Source of the DNA: Tubulanus polymorphus
Taxonomy: Eukaryota; Animalia; Nemertea
NCBI RefSeq assembly: GCF_964204645.1
Contig: NC_134026.1
Coordinates: 11,803,950-11,867,949, forward strand
Direction of reading: 5' to 3'
DNA length: 64,000 nt
In this document: positions 1 to 10,592 of the stretch, in pieces
Numbering within the stretch: the stretch's first letter is position 1
How the letters are laid out: every line of letters starts with the position of its first letter
Translations under genes and position numbers: made by a program
Notes under the pieces: generated by a model
Told to the model about the DNA's origin: nothing
Database searches by the model: none
The model's input: only the letters and a program-made list of their open reading frames with translations

Positions 1-1288
1 GCAATGTGTGCCGCGGTATTACTGATGATCTTAGTGAAATATTTGCGGATCTCTCCAAGCTTCTGGAATAAATACACAATCAGAATGCAAATGTCTGGTT
101 ACTTTCTCCATTAGTTGTTGTATATTATTGAAAGTTACTAAATAAACAAACCCCAACTACCTTTGATATGATGACAGGGGATTTCTAGCCTCAGGCATGC
201 CATGCAGATATTTGAACAACAGTCTGTAATCTACCAGTTGACAGTTATTAACATTCAACAGTAATTCCCTCTGTCCATCAAAGAAGAACTGACAATTACA
301 ATCACCGATTGATGGTCGATTATTCACTGCAAAATAAATATCATTACTTGAATATTAAAATAAATTTCATGGGATAAAGTTTAAAAATGTGTCAATACTT
401 TAAATATATGTACATACAGGCTCGTACATACCATTTATTCTTTTCAAAACACCACCAAGCAATGTGAACTCCTGGCTGCCTGTTTCATTAAATACAGTGG
501 CCTTTTTATCGAAACGCCCATTCATCAGAACAGGATCGCGACAATCCCACGAAAAATTATGAGTACATCTTGACTCTGCATCAAAAATAGGCACAAAATT
601 CTCTGGGTATGGCATGCCATACATTCGGTTCTGTAAGACCATCTGCAGTTCAGTGGGTAGCGGATAAGAAATAAGATGACGTGACACTACCGACATGCTT
701 GTGTGAATATGTGAAACATTTGATAACGGAGGCTGAGGTTGTATGCCCTTTTCATCACACCAGTCTTTATACATGTTAACATCAACACAATTTGAATTGT
801 ATTTGCATGTTTCACAAATAAAATGCGCCATGCGACCGCTCCACTTAACAATGTTCACTGACTGTTGACAGGTAGCAGAAATTAATATAGGCGCTTGCGA
901 CAGAATATGGATATCTGTTCCATCAGCTGGCCACACACACATTTCTATATCCCTGTATAACATAGTTATGGCAAAGCAATGCTTGCAATAATTTGCTTCA
1001 CACCGGACCTTAAACTGAGAGATTGCTTCCGTTAAATTTTTGTCCAATGACGATAATTCTTTCATGCGCCCGTATCCAACGGGACAGTTACAATTTAATA
1101 TCGAGCACTCTCCATCCGCCGAAAAGTATCGCAATTGCTTCTTTACAATGAAATGTTCGTTGCCATCTGCCAGTACAAAGACTCCAGGAAATAAATCCCA
1201 GTATTCTTTGTTCTTTCTTAAAGTCATCAAATATATCTTATTTTCATCCAACGGACATTCTATGTGTACGGTTGTGACACTTGGATTA
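1..1288 (-). CDS. Multi-exon Cys/His-cluster (SWIM/CxC-like) protein, probably transposon-associated (KDZ/HMGXB3-like); exons 1288-432, 326-161 and 62-<1
   Basis: The 283-aa ORF has CNC...CKHC, CETC...C and CTH motifs. GT-AG introns at 431-327 and 160-63 keep the frame open (..KRIN V NNRPSIGDCNCQFFFDGQRELLLNVNN..LHGMPEARNPLSSYQR SLERS..). There is an acceptor tttcag at 1289-1294. The family call is from recalled similarity only. Confidence 0.55.
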
Positions 1289-2999
1289 CTGAAATAAAAA
1301 AATATAAATATATATATATATATATAAATTACTAAATATTAAAAATAAATAAATAAAACATTTTTAAGTTTAAAATCAATCATCCTGGTTTCCACATGTT
1401 TTACTCAGGATCAAACATAAAAAATGAAAAAAGAAATACATGCGTGAAAACAATGTCATCACAGAGGTCATTATTTCGGATAATCCCTTCGAGCTGAGCG
1501 AGCGAGCGCTCGAACTACGACGACAACGCCCCCAATCGGCCTCTTTCTGTTTATCATTTGATTTCTATAAGTCACAGAGGAAAGCTAAAACAATCCTATT
1601 CTGGATACAGTTAAATTTCTGGTAAGTTGATTCAATATAGCTACAAACCTGGTTTTATTTTGTTGCGAGCGCGATTTCAATGACATTGACAATTATTGGC
1701 TTTCTACTCGACCGTCACCGGTCGTTGTCGTTGTTGTTGCATCATCGCCACCTTGCTGACGATTTTCAAATAATCCTCTTCGACGACGTTTCTTGCACGG
1801 CTGCTTTTTCTCCTCTAATTTTTGTTTTTTTTTAACAATCCACGTGGCTTAATCGAGGCATAATTATTCATATAAATATCTAAAGTATGCACACGGAGAC
1901 GTGACGTTCACGCCGCTTTCTTAGCTTGTGATTGTTAAGAGTGCCATAAACTGGCACGGCAGGCTTGTGTTGCCCTGTTAGCACGCGGACTAGGCCAAAT
2001 GATAAACTATCGAAACGAAACAACGGTATTGAAAATAATTAACATTTTATGACTGAACATTTACCATTTGACATTTTTGTAAACAGATAATTCGGAAAGT
2101 TACCGGTCCTATTAACATCTATATCCAGCTCTTATAACAGGTCAGTAAAAAAAATCATCGTTGGTTTCGTTTTCAGATTTTACGCTCCGGGAAAACTTTA
2201 GATTTTTCGTATTTTATTGTAGACCCAGAAATGTCATATTTGATTCGGAGACACGCTCAAGTTTTTATCATGGATTAATTTGATCCTTTCAAGTTGCAAA
2301 CCACGCACGAACGCTCACTCACTCGCGTACTCGCTAACCACACTCCTCGCGATCGAGTTCCGAGTGGCCTTCTCACTTCGCGCGTGAGCTTCGAGTAGGC
2401 CTTCTCACTTCGCGCGCTCGAAAAGCTCGCGCAAAGCCGAATGCTCGCGCGAGTAACTCTTCGAGCAAAACATCAAAACGATACCGATTTTATAGCTCCA
2501 TTGAGCTGGGAGTGTATTTTGACAAATACCCAGTATAACCCACAGAGCATGATGTGCCATTTTATGAAAAGCTGACAGGCTGGCCATAGTGCCCTTTGGA
2601 GCTCTTGTTGTATTCTTCAGTCCAAATCAATCAGTATGCGGATGATCAATTGCTGTGAACGAGCACCTTGTAAATATTATACCTGTTGATCTGTCTAAAC
2701 CATTACTATATAACAGGATTAAGCCATCTCACACCGAAGATGTTCACACTCATGAGTGTTTTAACTTTTTCCTATTATTCTATTTGCAGGGCATGCAGTT
2801 ACATAGGAAAGCTGGTGAGGAACGCTTAGCTTATATCGGTGCTGGTCAATCGTTTCTTGCGCGACAAAGACAGGCTCAAAATAGACGCCTAATTTCATTA
2901 CCACATTCCAATGTGTCTCCTCGATAATAGATAACACTCTTGTATCTTGTATTAATACTGTGATCGATGTTTGATTAATGACTGTCTACCCAAAGTAAG

Positions 3000-3353
3000 C
3001 GAATGTAGGTAAAAAATCCCCCTAATTTCAGTTTTCTATCAAATTTAAGTAAAAAACCTAAATGAAAACAGATAATACTTTTCAGAAATATGATAATATC
3101 ATTTTTATGCATGTTACTTGCTAAAAGTCACAGAATAATGTAATTTTTATGCTCGTAGCTTGGTCAAAGTCATCGATTATCCAAGGTGAATATTGTGAAA
3201 AACATTACGGAAAATCTGAAATTTTTGAAAACTAGTAAGTTTTTCAACATAAGAATATTGAAGTAATTTGTTTTGAATATTGCTGTGAAATCAAATTTGG
3301 GGGGGACTTTTACCAGGTGGGATTTTTACCTATGGGGGATTTTTACCTGTCAC
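3000..3353. mobile_element. Non-autonomous Mutator-like MITE (GGTAAAAATCCC subterminal-repeat family)
   Basis: Inverted ends gtaggtaaaaaatcccc / ggggatttttacctg; perfect 9-bp flanking direct repeat caaagtaag at 2991-2999 and 3354-3362. Confidence 0.8.
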
Positions 3354-3535
3354 CAAAGTAAGGTAATGGTATCAATTCACCAAAGAGCAGCCACGATGTG
3401 ATTTATAAATTGATGTCAAATGACTGAATATAATGTGAAATGATAAAACTGTAAGGGATCATTTCAAATAGTCATGGAATGATGGAGATGTTCACTTAAG
3501 ACAAGCTGTGCCTACATCTCATACATTTAGAAATG

Positions 3536-3718
3536 CAGTGGAACCTTGTTACAACAATTAACAAACTTCAGGGGACCAGAAAGTATGTTCTTTTTAACCA
3601 AAATAATCATTATATCTAGTATGAAATTATAAAAAATGTCCTATTTTGGATGAAATTCCATTGTTAGTAATAACTTAGTAATGTATTATCCAAGGTCACT
3701 TATGAAGAAGTTCCACTG
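3536..3718. mobile_element. Small degenerate Tc1/pogo-like MITE
   Basis: Terminal inverted repeats cagtggaac(c)t ... agttccactg; the TA target duplication is not preserved. Confidence 0.45.
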
Positions 3719-4793
3719 CAGTTTAATTCCCAAACTACAAAAATATCCTATTTAGCCTTTCAGCTTCCTATTTTATTCATCTTCTGCCATTTGTTTGCTT
3801 ATCTGTTGATTAATCATCTGTTACATTCAGGCCGTTCATCAGGCATTCCCTGTGAATGGAATTATTTTTTGTGAATGATAATAGTCTGGCAGGAAATGAC
3901 AGATGCCAAATGCCAAAATCTCTTCGGGCTTTTGCAATCACTTTAGATGGAATCCTATTATTTTGGGAATAGTGGGTGGGTTAAGTGCAGAAAATCACAC
4001 GATGATACAAAGGTCCACTTTGGAATGGAATTACCTTAAGGTGATTGCAAAAAATCTAAAGATACAATTGAGATCACCCCTTACATTTGAAATATTGCAG
4101 TTTTTCAAAATGGTCATTACCGCCAGTACTGAAAATTAATTTTGTAACATAACTTTGCTACCAAGTAACCTAGAGTCTTTACCCACTAAATCATGGTCAA
4201 ACTATTGGGTGAAATGGTTGTTATTCAATTTTGTCCAATACATTAGACCATTATCAAATGTCCACAAACATTGTTACTGAAAATGAATCGACAATGAATT
4301 TGCAACCAAATAACCGAAAGTAATAAAACCAACATCATTTCCTGCTTAACCATTGTCAAACTATCAGATGGAATTATTGGTATTTGATTTGGGATTATTT
4401 TGATATCAAGTGTATACATGTGTTTACCCTAGACGCATCCATGGAGGTACCGGAAGCGCAAAAATTGGACTTGATCAGAATCGACAAATTGTAACTACTG
4501 GATATACACAGCTGATATCTTGTCATTAGGAGGGAGATAGGGGCTTGAATTAATGTGGAAAGTTTTGTCCATCAGCTCAAAACTGTTTGGAAGTACTGCA
4601 AGTAAATGAGCAAAATATCAATGAATTTTCCCATCCCGCTAATCAATGCCTCATTGTGTTTCTTGATCATAACGCCACTGGCAACGAACGCCCTTTAGTG
4701 GCTGTCCTATAACCTTTTTAAGCCCAAAACGGTCTGTGAGCATCCATTTTATTCTAATCAATCCTCATGTGTTGGTTTTTTTTTGGGAAAATA

Positions 4794-4795
<2 letters not shown>

Positions 4796-4862
<67 letters not shown>
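4796..4862. repeat. (TA)n microsatellite
   Basis: About 33 TA units seen directly. Confidence 0.97.
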
Positions 4863-4864
<2 letters not shown>

Positions 4865-5988
4865 GACCTATGCATATTTTGTATCCACAATCAATTGCAC
4901 ATTTGTAGCTCATGACATACTTGTATTCTATGATAACAGGAGTTTCAAGGTCATAGGTATCTGTATATGTTCGCCAGGAGGCATTAGTTGCAGAATTACG
5001 TGGTATTTCCACTTTATAAACTGGCACCTATATACATACCTATTTTGTTATCAATAAAATTCTGGCTCTAGTTCTATGAGTTCAAGCTCATTGGTTTGTA
5101 CACCATGGGTTGTTGAATACAGTTAACCTCGCTTAATCCGCAATAAGTACTTATTCCGTATAAATAAATTGGTCCCGTTTTTCAGTAACGTTATTCCCAT
5201 TAAATTTCTATGTCTAATTCGTACTCCATAATCCGTATTTTCACTTATTCCGTAGACAAATGCATGGTCCCGTTGTCCAATTTATATGTTAATCCTTATG
5301 TGTAATCTGTATCAGCTGTCAGCTGGCGGGAACATACACTTGAAGTGAAAAAAGTAATAACATCTGTATTCTAATGAGGTTAATGTGGTCAGTAGGAAAT
5401 ATGAGAAACTCCAGAAAACACTGAAGTTAATGTGTCAATGTCATAGTCTCAAGCTTCACTAAATATTCAGTACAGATGCTATTATCTGTCAATCAGTGAA
5501 AGTCCTTTGATGATTCGCCCTCAAATGCATGGCCTGTGAGTTATCTGTACTAGACACACAATGGCTTCAAATAGTCCTACTCTACTAAAACCAGTTGGTT
5601 TGTGTTTCATCACACCAGGGAGTGGTTTCTTTCCATGTGTAAGTCATTTGAGAAATAACTAAACCAGCTATTATACGGATTGTGCACTTAAATCATAGTT
5701 TATACGGGTAATAGTTAATTCGTATCAATTACGAATTATCGGTTATCTGGGTTGTAGGTAAAAATCCCCTTGATAAAAATCCCCAAATGTTCAAAGTAAA
5801 TAAAAATCCCCACTTCGTGATTTTCAAGATTCGTGATTTTCAAGAACATTTCAAAGCAAAATGTTTCTCCAATTTTGTTCATTTGCAATGAGACTGAAAT
5901 TTGTTTGAACTGCCCAATGGAATCTTTTGTTGGGATAGATTCTTTATGTAAACTCTTAGAATAAGATAAATTGTTAGAATTATTAAGA

Positions 5989-6497
5989 ACTAGAGTAATA
6001 CCCGTAGAAACCATGGGTGATTTCCTTTGGCCCAGAACTTCAAACTGTTCAATTTATTCCCAATGAAATTAAGTGCGGCCGTTTAAAATCTATGTGTCCG
6101 TGCCCGTGGAGACTGTCAGTGAGCTTTGATGACCTGTACCCGTGGAGACCGGGAACTATCAGTGGTAAACAAAATATGGCCAAGGTGCGCGGGATTCGAA
6201 CTCCTGCCCCACCAGGTGCCAGTCTTGAGCTCTACTAACGGGGCCATTGTGAATGCATAATGATACAGTACTGTAGAATTGCTTTGGTGCAGTAAAAGTT
6301 CTATTATTAGAATTCCTGCTTACTGATTGGCTGAAATTTTGTCTGCATCCGTTTGGCCCCCCTATAATTATTTTCACACCCGTTTATACCGGTTGCATTA
6401 GTTTATACAATGATTGACTACCGCACAAAATTTCAAGTCCCAATTCTTCTCCAAGGCCACGCTATTTGGTACAAAGTTTCGTATTAATATATAGATA
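5989..6497 (+). mobile_element. Putative non-autonomous Helitron-like repeat containing a tRNA-like segment
   Basis: Starts actagagtaatacccg and ends ttcgtattaatatatagat, resembling Lep1-type Helitron ends (recalled); inserted within the MULE-like element. Confidence 0.4.
6177..6248 (-). pseudogene. tRNA-derived (SINE-head-like) sequence, not a functional tRNA
   Basis: Minus strand shows an A-box-like TGGCCCCGTTAG and a B-box GGAGTTCGAATCC; the stems pair poorly. Confidence 0.5.
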
Positions 6498-7709
6498 ATG
6501 AACTTTTAATTCATAATATCTTAAAAAGATTTGAACTGGAATATTTTTGTACTGTGAACTCTTGTTGACTTGTGGTATATTTGAGCAGTGCAATGCCATG
6601 AATTATAAGCAATAATGGACTTTTAATTGTAGATATTTTAGATTCAAGCTAGTGTAATATATTAGTGTGATGAACCCTTTCATTAAGCTGTGTGATAACT
6701 TTAAGTACTAGTTTGGTATAAATGGGCTGGTAATTTGTAGTATGTTTTAATTCAAGTGTATACTATAGTTTGTATACTGATGATATCCTTATGATGTTCC
6801 ACAATGGTACGCAGTAATAATGCCAGAGGTAAAAATGCCAGGGGTGTAAAAATGCCAGAGGTTAAAATGCCACAGGAAATAATGCCAGAGGGGTAAATTG
6901 ATGAATTACAGCAAACTTACTTGTCGGAAACTACTCAAATTTGTGGGAAAAGTTCCTGCTAAACCTTTGATTCCATTAATTACAACAAAAACTTCTCATA
7001 AACTATTCATCTGACTGTTGCTTTGATATCAGGAATCCTAGCAAACTAACACGTCAAAAACTACTCAAATTTGTGGGAAGAATTGCAGCCAAACCTTTGA
7101 TTGTTTAAATTACAACTAACTTGCTTGTCAAAAATATCTCGTAAACTAATCATCTAATTGTTGCTTTGATATCATGAATTGCATTAAGCAATGTGCATTA
7201 AGTTTTTAATTTCCGATGATCTAAAAATATGTTGTATCAATTACTCAATATCATCTTGTGTGAATAAGAAAATTTTTAAGAATTTCATGCTTATGTCAGA
7301 CTTTATTTTATAGATTTGTGATTCATTTTTTGATTTTTATTATCGTAGGTATATGTTATGTATATCTAATCTGTGCATTCATTACGTAAAAGCTAATGTA
7401 AATAAGAATATCAGGTCCAATGTTGATAAATTCTTTGCTTAGTTTTGCTTAAATTTCCCTCTGGCATTTTTACCTCTGATATTTTTACCTATGATAAGAT
7501 TGGCTAGCGTTAGCGAGCCTATGTCAACCGTCTGGCCGATCGATAATCATTCATATGCTTAATACACTACGCTCGAAGCTATTTTTAGCACACTCAAACG
7601 TAATTTCATTAGCCTGTAATTTCACTACTAATGGGCGAATTGAACGGATTAAGTTTGGCCAGCCACTGGACCATTGGTCCTTTATGTTATTTTTCCTCTG
7701 GCATTTTTA

Positions 7710-8450
7710 TAGTCTGAATACCAGTCGTTGTTACGGTTCCCTACAACGTCTGACGCTAAAGTATCATATAGAGGTGAACTCCTGTAAATTGCAATGCAAC
7801 AAGTGATTTTGGTGTCAAATAACACCTTTGTACTAAAATAAATTAATTAGTTACCTTGTTGACTTTGAAAACGTGTTTTATAATAATATTTTTTATGATT
7901 TAAATCGCGAACCGGAGAATTTATTGATTTGATTTGAATTGAATTGATTGCCACCATCAGGATTTCCAATACAGACTAAATTAATAAAGTGTGAATATTC
8001 AATATGTCTCGCTAAAATTTCTCTAAATGTTAATTTTTGTTGATAAAACGCATAAATTTTGGTCAATTTTAACCTTAAGAATTTGAAACAAGAATAATAT
8101 CTGCATTGGCATCAATGTCAGTACAAGTTCAAGTCCGAATCCGTAATTTACACTCCCCTCATGCACCACGAAAAGCCGCCATATTTGTTATGTTGCTTCA
8201 CTTCAACTATTTTTTGAGGCGACTAGTCAAAAGTTTTGAGCTACTACGATCGTCAAAAGCTACTTAGGATTACAAATTTATGCACAAACAATAGTTAACT
8301 TCCGTCTGATTACAGAACAGTCAGTTTGAGGTAAGTTGATGGTGTTTTAAGGGGTGAAATAGATGCTCAAAGCCTCGTCCCTCGAAAATTAACCTTATAT
8401 GAGCACTTTCGCCCTAGACGTTGTTTGAGGAACAACGGCTAGGTACTAGA
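7710..8450. mobile_element. Nested TIR element (degenerate ~60-bp TIRs)
   Basis: tctgaataccagtcgttgtt..acaacgtctgacgctaaagt..atatagagg is the inverse of ccttatatgagcactttcgccctagacgttgtt..aacaacggctaggtactagac; both flanks contain attttt. Confidence 0.5.
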
Positions 8451-10036
8451 CATTTTTGCGTCTGGCATTCTTTCCTATGGCATTTTTACCTCTGGCATTA
8501 TTACCTGGATTACCTGGATTCTTCCACAATAATAAATTGGATATATGTACAATTATACGAATTAATTGACCATTGTATCTACGTACACTACATTCAGAAG
8601 GTGGATTTTTACCTAATTTGAAGAATTGGGGATTTTTACTGAGGGCATTTTTACCTAGGGGATTTTTACTGCTAACCAAATAATCTGTTATCCGTTTATC
8701 ACTTAATCCGTACTAAAAAGCTCAGTCCCTAGTGATACGGATTAACTGAGGTTGACTGTATTGTAACTGTCAGATTTTCAAGCATCAAGTGGTTATGGTG
8801 CTCCCGGACCCCTAGTTATTATCATCATACATTCTGCTGTGTCCGACCTCTAGTTTGATATCAAATGACCGACCCCATTAGATCTACTGTGCAGATGTCA
8901 CATGTCATTTATAGTTCACATGTCATAATGGATGTCCATCAATATAATGTGCTGGGACATTAGACGCATATCCTCGACAGTCTAATTTACCAGTTATGGT
9001 GACATTTAGGTTTAAGTTGTGTTGATAATGCCATTATATGTTCAATGTCAGAATATTGTACACTGTTATGGATTTTCATTGAATATATCCTAATGACTAA
9101 TACTGTATGTGCATGTGTACTAGTACAATGTATATACATGTATATGACAACCTGCCTTTGAATATGAATTTCTGTGTTACGAAATTTCGTTTTACAAATC
9201 TGCATAAGTAGCCTTGTAATTCGTTATCGGTATCCTTTGATGAATAAACTTTATAAGTAAAGAGAAATTTGAAGGTCATCGGCTCATTTGAATTCAGAAT
9301 TCAAGATACTGATTGATTGAAGTGGATGAAGTATTCGAAATCTGCTACATTAAAGACAAGAAACTGAAGGCATTACAGGATTTGATATGCATTGCTTTTA
9401 ATTCATAATGTCATAATGTCCGCCATTCATGACTGTACTGCGCAGTTAGACAGCGAAAATATAGCGTACTACGGTTGTACTTTTAAAGGCTGAGTCCGAG
9501 TATATAAGGCTCATCATTTGTCAGTGAGCCATATCACGTGATATACTGGTAACCAGTACGTTCGGAGCTGTAACTGGAAACAACAGAATTACATCCATTT
9601 CTCTAAAAATAGGCCACTTCGAATTGTGAAACTTGTCATACATTGGTAGGAACTTATAAGAAGGCTGGTTCTTTACTCATTTTAACAGAGAAGCAACCAA
9701 TGTTGTGATATTTTCCATTTTCATATAATTTTCAAATGATGATTGGAGTGGAAGGAGTCATGCTGCAACACTGTACCAGCGACAGGAGTGTGTTTATATA
9801 CTTAACATCTATTGCAATAAACAACTCGAGGGTATTTAAGTAGTCATGATACTACATAACGGCTAACTTTTGATTTGGGGAACAATCTCACAATTGATAA
9901 TCAAGGGAACAAGTTACAAGTTATGTGCAAGCGGTTAGAATATGAAGAAAATCGAATGAAAATGAAAAAAGTTGTGATCTTTTGGTAACCCAAACACATG
10001 CCCATTTATTAATCCAAGACGAAAACACATCCTATA

Positions 10037-10187
10037 AGTAATTAGATAAGTCTTGTTCCATACCAGAGGTTGAAAGGTCGAGTTCATAAAAAATAAAAAT
10101 GAATTCTCGCAAGCTCGAATTTATCTTTATTTTTTATTCACTCAACCTTTCAACCTCTGATAAAAAAACAAGTCTTATCTAATTACT
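10037..10187. repeat. Palindromic MITE / ~150-bp hairpin
   Basis: agtaattagataagtcttgtt..cagaggttgaaagg is mirrored by cctttcaacctctg..aacaagtcttatctaattact. Confidence 0.8.
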
Positions 10188-10269
10188 CTAGTAATTCCAT
10201 ATAAATGAATAACATATAAATGAATATTATATTAATGAAATCAATTTTAATAGAAAATTTGTTATTAAA

Positions 10270-10592
10270 ATGGAGAGTAAACAAGTACACAGTGAGAACA
10301 ACAAATCATTCTTAGATGGAATTAAAGTTACAACAAATGTTGAATCTGTAGATTATAAATTCAAAAAGCTATCTTAGTTAACAATTCATCAGAAATATTT
10401 AATTACTAATATTTGAGAATGATTTGAAAATTAAAAAGAAAAATATTATAATCTAAAATTATATATTATTTTCTTATAAGTCGGTCTGTTACAATTAGTT
10501 CGGGGATAACATTTTAAGCAATATTCCCACCATTGACACCTATTAGCTATATAAATTGGTGTGCTAGGATTATCATCAAGTGTATTAACTGG
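10270..10592 (+). pseudogene. 5' part of a decayed AT-rich ORF with a hydrophobic segment (Polinton/Maverick-like element), split by the Academ insertion
   Basis: Reads ..GVLGLSSSVLT|G and continues in frame after 16909 as GVSSKLNIKSNKEKIKSNIKEMNKLENTLDRMISLNGNITTEEQ; contains stops and frameshifts. Confidence 0.5.

Larger units (their letters stand above)
5750..8677. mobile_element. Mutator-like non-autonomous element (same family as 3000-3353 and 24513-24895)
   Basis: Ends ggttgtaggtaaaaatcccc / ggggatttttactgctaacc; internal aaaatgccagagg repeats (6826-6892). Segment 8450-8677 matches the reverse complement of 24513-24740. The target duplication is degenerate. Confidence 0.7.
5120..8758. 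mobile_element. Tc1/mariner/pogo-type non-autonomous element, expanded by nested insertions
   Basis: TIRs cagttaacctcgcttaatccg / cggattaactgaggttgactg flanked by TA (5118-5119, 8759-8760); internal aatccgta motifs. Confidence 0.75.

Noticed and set aside
2790-2927. Possible host terminal exon (GMQLHRKAGEERLAY..) after a polypyrimidine/CAG acceptor
   Set aside because: No recognisable homology or partner exon; cannot be supported.
4758-5057. ORFs with (IY)n
   Set aside because: Translation of the (TA)n microsatellite.
6177-6248. Functional tRNA gene
   Set aside because: Acceptor, anticodon and T stems do not pair properly, and it lies within a repeat.
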